Part shown: positions 30,031-39,829 of the stretch, in pieces
How the letters are laid out: each line of letters starts with the position of its first letter
How positions within the stretch are numbered: the first letter of the stretch is position 1
IMG/VR virus record: IMGVR_UViG_3300013137_001826
Span: 4,668 to 68,667 of that record
Length of the DNA stretch: 64,000 bases
Strand: one strand, 5' to 3'
From: a virus
Program-made: the position numbers and the translations under genes
Notes under the pieces: generated by a model
The model's database searches: none
Told to the model about the DNA's origin: nothing
Seen by the model: only the letters and a program-made list of their open reading frames with translations

Positions 30031-30567
30031 TTAGACTTTTAGGTTCTGTGAAGCTCTTATCAAGCATTCTGCCATGTAATGAGTGCATTCCTTTAGGAAC
30101 GTCTCGTACGTTTGATTAGGATCTTCTGAGGTCTCGTAAATGTGAGCTTCTTTGATCAAAACCTCATTACAGATCTGCTTGATTGCGGTCTTTGCATTTT
30201 CCGATAACGTGTCCGGATGGTCTGAACAACCCTCGCAAGGCTGAGCCATTTCTTCAGGTTCCTTTAGCATGTCCTCTTCGTTCATTTCTTCTGTATCATC
30301 GTCCTGATCTTCTCCGATTGGAGTTTCAGAAACGTTAGCCTGAAAATCCTGAAAGCTTTCGAAAACTTTGTGACTTTCATGATGATTCGAGGAGCCTTCT
30401 TTGTGGCTCGTTCTTTGTGTTGTCATTGATTCGCTCTTTTTTTGATTTTCGGCTGAGTCCTCACACGGAAGCTGTTCCTCAGTTAGAGTAGCGGTTTCGT
30501 CGGCAATGCCTTGACCGAACTTCTTTAATACGAATTCAGGGAGGTTGAATTTTCCGAATTTCCCCAT
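30031..30567 (-). CDS. Hypothetical acidic protein
   Basis: 178 aa; GGATAAATAACC upstream; FESFQDF. Confidence 0.65.
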   Translation of the reverse strand: MGKFGKFNLPEFVLKKFGQGIADETATLTEEQLPCEDSAENQKKSESMTTQRTSHKEGSSNHHESHKVFESFQDFQANVSETPIGEDQDDDTEEMNEEDMLKEPEEMAQPCEGCSDHPDTLSENAKTAIKQICNEVLIKEAHIYETSEDPNQTYETFLKECTHYMAECLIRASQNLKV

Positions 30568-30584
30568 TTACTTCAGATATTTAT

Positions 30585-30596
30585 GGTTATTTATCC
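30585..30596 (-). promoter_or_regulatory. T4-like late promoter (example of a recurring (G/T)ATAAATA motif)
   Basis: GGATAAATAACC; similar motif near 6510, 9648, 13953, 15509(+), 17965(+), 21105, 23927(+), 24648(+), 29275, 34133, 38392, 39472, 41330, 57049, 58062, 61450, 63246. Confidence 0.75.
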
Positions 30597-30603
30597 GAAG
30601 AAG

Positions 30604-30926
30604 TTATCTTCTTCCGGACAAAATCCGTATAGCGTCAGCCATATTTGTTAGGGTGGAAGACTTTATGCGAGAGTAGGAAATAAGAAGGTTCAATTCCTTT
30701 TGAAAATCGATAAGTTTATTGTCCCTCTACTTATCGTTGGATTAGGACTTGGCTTGAAATTAACAATACCTGTCATTATACTATCGCCAATGATAGTAAG
30801 AATTTCGTCGTCCGTTAAATTAAGGTTCTCTAAGTAAACACCAGCCTCGTAATGATCATGTGATCGGTCTGAACTGGGACCATGTCAGTATCCGCTCCAA
30901 CAGCTTATTCCACTAGTTCCTTGCAT
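30604..30926 (-). pseudogene. Interrupted ORF
   Basis: ATG right after the upstream stop; in-frame TGA at codon 14; protein-like reading continues, with a further frame change near the 3' end. Confidence 0.35.
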
Positions 30927-30927
30927 G

Positions 30928-31548
30928 TTAGTATGCGCCTAATTTTATCGAGAAGTCAAGTGCCACGTTATTCAATGGTTCGTACGTTGGAACGTATCGC
31001 CATGATGGCCCGCATGAGATGCGAAGCTTCTTTAGCACGTTTATTTCTACGCGAGCTCCGACCGTGAGAACGAAGAACGCTTCCGATTGTAATTTCATTT
31101 GGCCGGTGGTCCAGTACTGAGCCGTTTCCGACATGTAGTAAGAGACTCCGCCTGCACCAATCACGACCGGTACGGTCAAATGAATTAGGAATTTTGAGAA
31201 GAAAGTAGGTTCCAATAACAGTCCGCCGTACCCGTAGTACTTCTTTATGTTGTAATACGTGTATCCATGAGGAACCAGAGCGTAAATTTCCGAAGGTATT
31301 CTCGGATCGACTATGAACTGACCGGTAAGCCCAATGGAGAACACGTGATTCACAGTTGCTCCAAGAGTTCCTCCCAATCCCCAAACGGTCTTGTCATTGG
31401 CCCAGGATAGGGAACCGTCGAAAGAAAAGTAACAGTTGACTACCGTAGGATCCGGAGAACTGTTGAATAACGTTGCTGAACCCTGTTCGGTCTGTGCAGC
31501 CGAAGCTAAAGATAATAGGAACAGAAAAACGATCAGAATCTTTTTCAT
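30928..31548 (-). CDS. Outer-membrane beta-barrel protein
   Basis: Signal peptide MKKILIVFLFLLSLASAA; alternating amphipathic strands; aromatic C-terminal residue. Confidence 0.7.
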   Translation of the reverse strand: MKKILIVFLFLLSLASAAQTEQGSATLFNSSPDPTVVNCYFSFDGSLSWANDKTVWGLGGTLGATVNHVFSIGLTGQFIVDPRIPSEIYALVPHGYTYYNIKKYYGYGGLLLEPTFFSKFLIHLTVPVVIGAGGVSYYMSETAQYWTTGQMKLQSEAFFVLTVGARVEINVLKKLRISCGPSWRYVPTYEPLNNVALDFSIKLGAY

Positions 31549-31550
31549 AT

Positions 31551-33527
31551 CTACTTTATTGATAGGCAGTCCTCTTTCGCCTTCCTCGTGATCACCAGGT
31601 GATCTCCTTTTTTGACCTTATTGTCTACATAGGCTTCGGCTATGAGGTCCTCCAGGTGTGACTGAATGACTCGGTGTAACGGACGAGCTCCGAACTTTTC
31701 GTCGTAGCCTTTTTCGATAAGGAATTCCTTCGCCTTGTCCGTGATTTCGACGAAGTACCCATTTTCTTCTACTCGTTCCTTGAGATTGGCAAGTTCGATG
31801 TCAATGATCTTTCCGATGTCAGCCTTGGTCAAGGAATTGAAGGTGATGATGTCATCGATACGATTGATGAACTCCGGCGCGAACTGTTTGCTTACAGCTT
31901 TACGAAGAACCTCGTTCGCCAGTTCCTTTTGCCTTTCGATTTGACCGGCTGTTGCAAATCCTATGCCGGTTCCGAACTCCTGCAAAGTTTTTATCCCAAC
32001 GTTCGACGTCATGATGATGACCGTGTTCTTGAAGTCAACGGTCTTTCCCAAACCGTCAGTCAAACGACCGTCATCGAGAACTTGGAGTAGCAGGTTAAAG
32101 ATTGAAGGGTCTGCTTTCTCGATTTCGTCGAGAAGCACGACCGAATACGGCTTACGCCGAACTTTTTCGGTCAACTGACCGCCGTTCTCGTAACCAACGT
32201 ATCCCGGAGGAGCTCCAATTATGCGGCTTCCTGAGAATTTTTCGCTGTATTCGGACATGTCAATACGAAGCAGAGCATCTTCCGAATTGAAAAGGAACTT
32301 TGCAAGCTGTTTTGCTAGTTCGCTCTTACCTACCCCGCTAGGGCCGATGAAAAGAAACGTTCCAATCGGCTTTTTCTTTGACTTCAGACCGGCTCGTGAG
32401 CGTTTTATTGCCCTTGCGAGCTTATGGATGGCCGAATCCTGTCCGACTATGAATTTCTGTAGAGATTCTTCCATTCCGGACAGCTTCTGGATGTCAGTTC
32501 CCGTCATTTTATTGACCGGAATGCCAGTAATGTTGGAAACAAGCTTGGCTATGTCATCTTCGGTGACTGAAAAGCGATTTGCTTTCAGAGATTGCTCCCA
32601 TTCTCTCTTTGCTTCTGTAATTTCATCGGCCGCTGCAAGAGCTTCATCCCTGAGTTTTGCTGCGGCTTCGTAATCTTGAGAATTTACAGCATCGTTCTTC
32701 TTTTTGATGACCCCGACCAATTTTTCTTCGAGAGTTTTGATGTTAGAAGGAACTACCACACCGTTTATATGAACTGTAGCTCCAGCTTCGTCCATAAGGT
32801 CGATCGCTTTGTCCGGAAGCCATCTGTCCTGAATGTACAGATCGCTGTACTTGACGCAAGCGTCCAAAGCGTCCTCAGTGTACCTTACAGAGTGATGATC
32901 TTCGTACTTTTCCTTGATGTTCTCGAGGATTTCACAAGTTTCGTCAGCGGTTGGCGGATTTATGATGATTTGTTGGAACCTGCGGTTGAGAGCTCCGTCC
33001 TTTTCGATTGAATTACGGAATTCGTCGATAGTTGTAGCTCCAATGCACTGAATTTCTCCCCTTGCGAGAGCTGGCTTAAGAATGTTAGCAGCATCGAGCG
33101 ATCCGCTTGCGGATCCGGCTCCTACTAAAGCATGAACCTCATCGATGAACAGAATCATGTTTCCGTTGTGCTGGACTTCCTGAATTATCTGTTCCATTCG
33201 CTGTTCGAACTCTCCACGATACTTGGTTCCGGCAACGAGGTTAGCGAGTTCAAGGGCAATGATTCTTTTTCCGAGAAGTACTCTCGGACAAGTCCGGTTC
33301 ACTATCATGGTCGCTAAACCTTCGACAATCGCCGTTTTTCCAACGCCAGGTTCTCCAATCAGCAACGGATTGTTCTTTTTCCTTCTCGAAAGTATCTGGC
33401 TGCATCTCTTGATTTCTGAGATACGGCCTACCACTGGATCGAGCTTTCCGTCCATTGCTAATTGAGTCAGATCCTTACCGAAGACATCTACTAGAGGAGT
33501 TTTAGTGCTTTGAGCTGTCTTTACCAT
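31551..33527 (-). CDS. ClpA/B/C-family AAA+ chaperone lacking the Clp-N domain
   Basis: GKLDPVVGR, GEPGVGKT, KYRGEFE, GPSGVGKS, RIDMSEY, GAPPGYVG; UVR-like middle domain. Confidence 0.95.
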   Translation of the reverse strand: MVKTAQSTKTPLVDVFGKDLTQLAMDGKLDPVVGRISEIKRCSQILSRRKKNNPLLIGEPGVGKTAIVEGLATMIVNRTCPRVLLGKRIIALELANLVAGTKYRGEFEQRMEQIIQEVQHNGNMILFIDEVHALVGAGSASGSLDAANILKPALARGEIQCIGATTIDEFRNSIEKDGALNRRFQQIIINPPTADETCEILENIKEKYEDHHSVRYTEDALDACVKYSDLYIQDRWLPDKAIDLMDEAGATVHINGVVVPSNIKTLEEKLVGVIKKKNDAVNSQDYEAAAKLRDEALAAADEITEAKREWEQSLKANRFSVTEDDIAKLVSNITGIPVNKMTGTDIQKLSGMEESLQKFIVGQDSAIHKLARAIKRSRAGLKSKKKPIGTFLFIGPSGVGKSELAKQLAKFLFNSEDALLRIDMSEYSEKFSGSRIIGAPPGYVGYENGGQLTEKVRRKPYSVVLLDEIEKADPSIFNLLLQVLDDGRLTDGLGKTVDFKNTVIIMTSNVGIKTLQEFGTGIGFATAGQIERQKELANEVLRKAVSKQFAPEFINRIDDIITFNSLTKADIGKIIDIELANLKERVEENGYFVEITDKAKEFLIEKGYDEKFGARPLHRVIQSHLEDLIAEAYVDNKVKKGDHLVITRKAKEDCLSIK

Positions 33528-34116
33528 TTACTTTCTTTTTGCAATTTTCGAAATGCCATCTGTACATTCCGTTAGTTTTTCCGGAAGTGCCACAGTGTGG
33601 GCACGTTAATTCGCGAAATGCTGTTTTGTGTGTTTCAAAATATGCAGTTAATGTACTGCTAATTTTTTGTAATCGTTCACTTTTTTTAATCGGATCAATA
33701 TTTTGCCAATCTCTTTTTACCGATTCTCTACGTTTATTTCTTTCCTCTTCTGCATTTTCAATTCCGTGAATTTGTTCATACGTTTTACCGGATAAAGCTG
33801 CTGATATGCGGTTCTTTGTTTCTATTGAGTGATGCATTTTGAATCCTTCTCCACCGTCAGTAAAATTAGAAAGAATTCCGTCATTTGTAAGTTTGCCATA
33901 TCTTAGAATGTATTCTTTTTCTAATCGACAGGCTTCCTCCCAAGAAATATTGTCATGTAATATTTCGACTTTATATTCTGTCTTCTTAACGATGTTATTC
34001 CATAGCGGATTGCGATTGTGTTTCTTATATGCACGTCGGTAATCTGGCCCCAATCCTATTCCGATATAAAAAATAGAATTCGTATCTAATCGTATGTGCT
34101 GGTAGACATAAGCCAT
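33502..34116 (-). mobile_element. GIY-YIG homing endonuclease
   Basis: AYVYQH...FYIGIG; NUMOD3-like segment; C-terminal CPHCG. Confidence 0.8.
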
Positions 34117-34159
34117 AACTACTGATAATTTAGGTTATTTATCCACCAACCTTTCACGA

Positions 34160-34792
34160 CTAATCCCACCAGCCTTTCAGGCCGCTTCCGTCGAACCATT
34201 TATACCAAAGATCTTTCTTCTTTTTCTCTTCTTCTGTCATATCCTTGATGTATTCCTGGTAATCGTCGTAATCCTGACCTTCGAGGATCCTGAACAGTTC
34301 TTTCCATGTATCTTTTTCGATCTTGTGAGAAAGGTCTAAAAGGGCCTTATTTTTGGCTCTTTCTTCATCCGTTTCATCGTCAAGTAAGGCAACCATCCCG
34401 TTTTCGTCAGGCTTGCCAAAATTCCAACGCGTAACGAGCTCGTAACCTAATTCCTTCTCTGCGAGCTGAATAAAATCATCTTCGATGTGATGTTCGAGAA
34501 TTTCTATTGCCCTACGCATTTTCTGAACCTTTTTGTTCCTAGGTTCTTCGATTTCGTGGCCGTGAAATTCCAGGTAATTTGCAGTACGCTCAAGGTTCTT
34601 TTTGAGCATGGTAAGTGCATCGCGAAAGTCGAACTCGTAGTTATTCCAGAGTTCCTTTCTGAACTGCCAAACGTTGGTGCAAAAACGTGGAATATCGTAC
34701 CGAAAAAGGTCGATAATCTTCCAGTACCACCTTTCGTGGATTCGAAGCTTCCTTAAGCTCTTGGCAAATGTGTCCGCAAATACGATATTCAT
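34160..34792 (-). CDS. Hypothetical protein
   Basis: 210 aa ORF. Confidence 0.7.
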   Translation of the reverse strand: MNIVFADTFAKSLRKLRIHERWYWKIIDLFRYDIPRFCTNVWQFRKELWNNYEFDFRDALTMLKKNLERTANYLEFHGHEIEEPRNKKVQKMRRAIEILEHHIEDDFIQLAEKELGYELVTRWNFGKPDENGMVALLDDETDEERAKNKALLDLSHKIEKDTWKELFRILEGQDYDDYQEYIKDMTEEEKKKKDLWYKWFDGSGLKGWWD

Positions 34793-34810
34793 AAGGTACT
34801 CATCTTTTTG

Positions 34811-35251
34811 TTATTTACCTTTTCCGTCGATGGCATGCTGATCTTCGACGATCCAGCGTAAGAAGGCACGAATGTTCATTTTGGTTTCGTGTTTCAGTTT
34901 CCTTCTGAACCTGTGAGCTTCGTGATCGAGGATGTCATTCATCAATGCATAAGCTGCCTGGTAGAACCACTGTGAATGAAATCCCTGGTGGTTGTCAATG
35001 TAGACCATGTAATCTTTCGAATCGCTTTTTATCATGATTATCAGGTCTTTCAGAACGATGAGAGTTTCGTTATCGATCCTGTCGTATCGGATTGCTTCAG
35101 GATGTTTTCTGGCTTCACCAACTACGAGATCGAAAATTTCTTTCTGCTCAAAGTTAAGGGTCTTTAGTGCGGATTTCTTCAACACGGACCTGCGCTTGAT
35201 TCGCGTTTTAGCGTTCATGCGCTTAATTTTATACTGCAATTTTTTTAACAT
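34811..35251 (-). CDS. Hypothetical protein
   Basis: 146 aa; GGTATAAT upstream. Confidence 0.7.
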   Translation of the reverse strand: MLKKLQYKIKRMNAKTRIKRRSVLKKSALKTLNFEQKEIFDLVVGEARKHPEAIRYDRIDNETLIVLKDLIIMIKSDSKDYMVYIDNHQGFHSQWFYQAAYALMNDILDHEAHRFRRKLKHETKMNIRAFLRWIVEDQHAIDGKGK

Positions 35252-35288
35252 TTATGCATGTATTGCTTTGTACTATTATACCAAATAA

Positions 35289-35663
35289 TCAAGCTTTCGG
35301 AAAAAAGTTGCGCAAGTCATTTTCCGTAACAACAGTCTTCCGTGGCAATTCGAATTCAACGAAAGAATCGCTGACTCTCATGCTTTCGACGTGCTTCCAT
35401 AAGCTGGGAATATCGAAACAGACAGGATTGTGATCTTTGTCCCATGCTTGAACCTCAGTAGAATCCGAGTTCCTTTCGTAGAGGTACCAGTCAATCCATT
35501 CTGCCGCATCTCTTCCGTAATACGCATTAAACAGGAGGCTTATTGCCCCAACCCAACCGTCCTCGTAATGCATGAGGGCTATTCCTAACTCCGACACTTC
35601 AAAGCTTTTCTTGCTTTGTTTTTCCAGAGTAGTTATTATCAGTTCAAATACTTCAAGTTTCAT
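35289..35663 (-). CDS. Hypothetical protein
   Basis: 124 aa ORF in operon. Confidence 0.7.
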   Translation of the reverse strand: MKLEVFELIITTLEKQSKKSFEVSELGIALMHYEDGWVGAISLLFNAYYGRDAAEWIDWYLYERNSDSTEVQAWDKDHNPVCFDIPSLWKHVESMRVSDSFVEFELPRKTVVTENDLRNFFPKA

Positions 35664-35862
35664 CCAATTCGATTTTAGGGGTAACGGTTATTTTTTCGAA
35701 AAAATCTTCCAGAGCAGTTTCTATTCCAGCCGCTATGAGAAGCTGTAAGTCAGCAGGTCCATTTACTTGCTTGTTGCGTTGTGCCACTGCCAGTGCTTGG
35801 ACGATGCTTTCTGCGTATTCGTTAGCCAATGCAGGTAGGTTTATGTCAGCTGGTTTTTCCAT
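35653..35862 (-). CDS. Hypothetical protein
   Basis: 69 aa, overlapping both neighbours. Confidence 0.6.
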   Translation of the reverse strand: MEKPADINLPALANEYAESIVQALAVAQRNKQVNGPADLQLLIAAGIETALEDFFEKITVTPKIELDET

Positions 35863-36370
35863 TCAGTATTTCAATTATTTTTTCAACGTTGTCTCGCAGT
35901 CGTTCAGTAGTGTCCGACCAATCTCCTATGAGCCACACGTGATTGTCTTTGGTGATGTGAGGGTATTCCTCGGTCATGTCCTCGAACTTCGGAGCAACGT
36001 TCATATCGTCTATCGCTACCCAAGTTTTAATTTCATCCACGTGATCGTTCACCCAATCAGCAATCTGTTTTGCACGATCGTGTGGACCGGTAGAACTCAT
36101 CTTAGCTTTTCTATCGTGAGTCACGTCGATAATGACATTAGGTATTCCATAGAACTCAAAGAACTGACCGAGCTCATTGATCGTGTAGTGCTTCTTCCAA
36201 TCCGAACTTATGACGACCTTTGCATCAGTCCTCCTTATGATTTCGGCCAAAGCATCGCAATCTTCCCTTTCCCATTCGTATGGCAATTTAAGAGTCTCAC
36301 TCACCTTTACTCTGTGCGAATAAAGGCCGTATGATAAAGGTCCGTCTATGTCAACGAATATTACTTTCAT
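35846..36370 (-). CDS. HAD domain protein, Swiss-Army-knife RNA-repair type
   Basis: VIFVDIDG, VISSDW, WVAIDD. Confidence 0.8.
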   Translation of the reverse strand: MKVIFVDIDGPLSYGLYSHRVKVSETLKLPYEWEREDCDALAEIIRRTDAKVVISSDWKKHYTINELGQFFEFYGIPNVIIDVTHDRKAKMSSTGPHDRAKQIADWVNDHVDEIKTWVAIDDMNVAPKFEDMTEEYPHITKDNHVWLIGDWSDTTERLRDNVEKIIEILNGKTS

Positions 36371-36582
36371 TAGTCGATCAAATTGTGCAATTTTATGACG
36401 AACTTCGCATAGAGGTTCTGTCGTACAGTTTTTGCGATCGGATTCTTTTCTCTTTCCAACCTCGCCAGAAATAATTCTGTCAATCTATCAGCTGCTAGCA
36501 ATTGCTGTGGATCGTTGCACGACATGATCACTTTCTTTACCCAGCGATACACGTCCTTATTTTCTTTTCCTTCTGCTGCCAT
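36370..36582 (-). CDS. Hypothetical protein
   Basis: 70 aa coupled ORF. Confidence 0.65.
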   Translation of the reverse strand: MAAEGKENKDVYRWVKKVIMSCNDPQQLLAADRLTELFLARLEREKNPIAKTVRQNLYAKFVIKLHNLID

Positions 36583-36583
36583 A

Positions 36584-36985
36584 CTATTTTACTTCAATGT
36601 TAGTTCTTCCGTCGTTCCAATACTCCGGTCCACCGTAGTAGACAAAAATTTCTTCACCAGCCTTTATGTCACGACTCGCAAAGAATTTGAAGGTCTTACG
36701 AATCTCATCCGATACCCAGTAAGCTGAGGCTGAGTTGCTGTGATTGTACATTGAACCTGCTCCTAATACTACCACTTGTTGAGTTGTTGGAGTCATCGAG
36801 CCGTTAGGATAATTGAATCGATAGTCCTGTAAAAGAGGAGAGGATTCGAAAGGCTTTAGACCCAAATCGAGGAATGGACATTCCTCGATAAGTTCTCCGG
36901 TTGATATGTCGTCGATCGCGAATACGCCCAATCCGTGGATTGGGCTCGAAGCAACCTTTATTTTACGGCTTACGAACAGTTCCAT
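36584..36985 (-). CDS. SET-domain methyltransferase
   Basis: HGLGVFA, YNHS, RDIKAGEEIFVYYG; ATG at 36985 chosen as start. Confidence 0.9.
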   Translation of the reverse strand: MELFVSRKIKVASSPIHGLGVFAIDDISTGELIEECPFLDLGLKPFESSPLLQDYRFNYPNGSMTPTTQQVVVLGAGSMYNHSNSASAYWVSDEIRKTFKFFASRDIKAGEEIFVYYGGPEYWNDGRTNIEVK

Positions 36986-37391
36986 TAGCTTATGAATTCC
37001 GCTATTTTTCGATCGAGATCTCCGGCTACAACGTGCGAACCGTACTTGGTGCAAAAGTGCGAGATGAGAGCTCCACCGTTAAATTCCAGGTACTGAACGA
37101 TCGTCAGGTTCTGGTACTCTTTCATCCACCTGTAAGCATGCATGCGTATGCATTCCTTATAGATTAGATCCTCGGTGAAGGCTACTGGTTCTGGTTTTAT
37201 TGACATTTCGTTAGAGACGTATTTTTCCTGCGTGATGGCATGGATTCGTTCCTTTTGCTTGGAAGTCAGCGAATGACGCGCATGCCACAGTTCGATGAGA
37301 TCCTTTGCGAGTTCCTCGTCGTAATACGTACTTCCTTTGTCTTCGTTGATAGTAATAAGGATTCAGTATCCTTCACAGTAGTATGGCTCAT
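36985..37391 (-). pseudogene. Hypothetical gene with a frame discontinuity near its 5' end
   Basis: Frame of ORF 36985..37206 stays open upstream to a TGA at about 37365; nearest ATG (37391) is in another frame. Confidence 0.5.
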
Positions 37392-37397
37392 ATCGAT

Positions 37398-37580
37398 TTA
37401 AGAATTTTTCCTTAACGATATTATACTACTGGCTGGCTGTTTGGGTTTAGCTTTGACCTGCGATTTTTTAGGTCTTGAGGGCTTCTTTTTCGGATTCTTT
37501 CCGAATATGTAAGGATCGCCGGCTTGAGTTATTGCGGCTTGCTGAAGGAATTGAGTGAAGTTCTCGACGATCCTGCCCAT
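37398..37580 (-). CDS. Small basic protein (possible internal head protein)
   Basis: IVENFTQFL then Lys/Pro-rich. Confidence 0.6.
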   Translation of the reverse strand: MGRIVENFTQFLQQAAITQAGDPYIFGKNPKKKPSRPKKSQVKAKPKQPASSIISLRKNS

Positions 37581-37582
37581 TT

Positions 37583-38050
37583 TTATTTCAATTGTTGACC
37601 GAAAATCATCGCTAGAATGATTCCGGCTAATGCTGTGAAAATGATCCAGAGGACTCTGGTAACCGTTGTCTTAAAGGAAAGTATCTCTTTATGCTCATCG
37701 AGCATCTTTTGGTATTCCTTTTCTTCAGCTTCCTTTTTTGTTTTGAAAGCCTGAAGGTCATGGTGTTCGGTTATGAGTTTCTGAAAGTCCTTTTCCTCAG
37801 CTACCGATTTCTTTCTGAACTCGGTATTCTTGTTGACCCTCACGACGATCCCGTCCTCTGGGTCCAATAACTGTCGCTTTATTGCACGCAGGTCCTCTTT
37901 TATGTCCTCCTGCGTGGAGTCGATATTGGTGATCTTTTCTTGGATCGCCTTTAATTCCCCATTAGGAAATTGTTTTTTGATTATCTCTAAAGCTTCAAGG
38001 ATCTCATTCATCATGAGATTAACATCGCCGTCTGTGCGAGGATCTGCCAT
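37583..38050 (-). CDS. Coiled-coil protein with C-terminal transmembrane helix
   Basis: VLWIIFTALAGIILAMIFG. Confidence 0.7.
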   Translation of the reverse strand: MADPRTDGDVNLMMNEILEALEIIKKQFPNGELKAIQEKITNIDSTQEDIKEDLRAIKRQLLDPEDGIVVRVNKNTEFRKKSVAEEKDFQKLITEHHDLQAFKTKKEAEEKEYQKMLDEHKEILSFKTTVTRVLWIIFTALAGIILAMIFGQQLK

Positions 38051-38085
38051 TTTTAACCGAATTTTTTTAGTAAAGTTGAGTGTGA

Positions 38086-38370
38086 TTAGTCTACTGCTGG
38101 AGTTTCCTCAGGTTTCTCTCCGCCTTCTGGTTCTGCTGGTTTTTCAGCGCTTGCATCAGTGTCATCGAGAACAGTAACATCGTCTCCGCTTTCTGGTTCG
38201 ATGGTAGCTACTGGAATTTCTGGCTCAGGAGTAGGTTCGCTATCGACCATTGCTGGCGTTACCATTCCACCCGATTGAGCTGCACAGAATTCTTCGAAGT
38301 TTAAGATTTTGGTTGAACCCTCAAGATTAGCACCGTCCATGTTAGGCATGTTCATGTTATTGCCGTCCAT
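38086..38370 (-). CDS. Acidic Pro-rich hypothetical protein
   Basis: KILNFEEF; GATAAATAA upstream. Confidence 0.6.
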   Translation of the reverse strand: MDGNNMNMPNMDGANLEGSTKILNFEEFCAAQSGGMVTPAMVDSEPTPEPEIPVATIEPESGDDVTVLDDTDASAEKPAEPEGGEKPEETPAVD

Positions 38371-38442
38371 ATTCGTTAGGATAATTTTGATTTATTTATC
38401 CTGAGGGGTGGAACAATTTGAGCCTCGCTCTCCCAAATTGTA

Positions 38443-39366
38443 TTAGGCAGTCAGTTTAGTCGAACAGATTGGACAGGCTTTCCAGTGACTTTTCACTTTA
38501 GCCCCACAGTTCGGGCATTTTCTACGAATCTCTCCGATTTCGATAGGTTTCGCACTTTCTGGTAGAATCCGATAGGAATACGTGTTGCAAGCCCACGAAT
38601 TGAAAAATCCGTAAGTGTCGACCAGTTTTTGATCGGACTTACCGCCCTGTTCAACGCGGCCAGTTTCCAAAGAAGATTTGGAAAGCTTGCTTCGTGTTTT
38701 CGATACCGTCGCTTGTTCCATATTAGCTGCAAAGTTGTCGTTGAAGTTCAACGAATCCTGAGAAGCATTGCACGAAAAACTGGCATTGTTCATGTAACAG
38801 TTCACGTCTGGTTGCGTTGTGAAGCTGGAATTAGCGTTGTTTGTCAGAGTGGTTCCAATGGACGATCCGACTCCGCCGGTATTCGTATGACTGAAGAAAT
38901 AGTCATTACGGTAGAACGGTTGCGGTGGACTGATCGTTATGGTTCCTGCTCCGTAAATCCAGGTGTTTGTATAAATTCCGGGGAATACGACCTGCTCGTC
39001 GTAAAAGTCCACCTTCACGAGTCCATTCAGCTGTGCTGCTTCGATCGCTTCGACGGAATTTTCGATTTCGTAGGTGTTGAACAGGAACTTGCGATTGATG
39101 TCAAGGAACCTCTCGAGATAAACTCTCTGACCGGGTTTCACGACGATTCCGCCACTGGAGACGTTAACTCCATTGATCATGATTTTTGCAAGAACTCTTG
39201 TTGTCTTGGGGTTCCACAATTCGATCTCGAACGTTGAGCCGTTCTTGAGATAAACGTTTGAATCGTAGAGTTTGAGGCGATTTCTGTTCACAGTGATGTG
39301 AGCAGTTGGCCAATTATTGGCGTTTGAGCGACCCACATTGAGGGTGCTCGATTGATTTTGGTACAT
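38443..39366 (-). CDS. Hypothetical protein with C-terminal zinc ribbon and structured 5' leader
   Basis: CPNCG...CPIC; TATAAATA about 110 nt upstream. Confidence 0.75.
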   Translation of the reverse strand: MYQNQSSTLNVGRSNANNWPTAHITVNRNRLKLYDSNVYLKNGSTFEIELWNPKTTRVLAKIMINGVNVSSGGIVVKPGQRVYLERFLDINRKFLFNTYEIENSVEAIEAAQLNGLVKVDFYDEQVVFPGIYTNTWIYGAGTITISPPQPFYRNDYFFSHTNTGGVGSSIGTTLTNNANSSFTTQPDVNCYMNNASFSCNASQDSLNFNDNFAANMEQATVSKTRSKLSKSSLETGRVEQGGKSDQKLVDTYGFFNSWACNTYSYRILPESAKPIEIGEIRRKCPNCGAKVKSHWKACPICSTKLTA

Positions 39367-39493
39367 AGCTTTGTTGCATTATTTTTGCTCATCTCATCGT
39401 GACCGTGGTCGATCACTCGAGGGCCCGCAGGCTCGAGACGAACAGAAGAGCGAGGCTTTATGTTCCAGTAATATTTATACGAAGATTGGAAAT

Positions 39494-39829
39494 TTAGTTT
39501 TGCGGATATTCTCGCTTCACTAGCTTGACGCAATCGCTGACCTTAAAGCATAGAACTGCTAACTGGTCGTAATGCACTAACGTGAACTGGATGATTATGT
39601 CGATTTCTGATTCTGTGCATGTGATGAGAACCGGGATCATTCGATCCACGAATAGCTTATCATCGTCGCTTACCCACTGACCTTTTGATGTCTTGAAAAT
39701 AGTCAGTCCACCAGCAATTGATCTGACATGATCGTCCCATTCATGGTGGTGAGTGATGTGATACTTTCGTCCGTTATTATCGTGAAACGGAACGAAGATC
39801 TGCCATAAGTATTTTTCGGTAGGTTCCAT
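39494..39829 (-). CDS. Hypothetical protein
   Basis: 111 aa ORF. Confidence 0.65.
   Translation of the reverse strand: MEPTEKYLWQIFVPFHDNNGRKYHITHHHEWDDHVRSIAGGLTIFKTSKGQWVSDDDKLFVDRMIPVLITCTESEIDIIIQFTLVHYDQLAVLCFKVSDCVKLVKREYPQN

Noticed and set aside
38414-39480. Retron or IS element suggested by the inverted repeats
   Set aside because: No reverse transcriptase or transposase in the window
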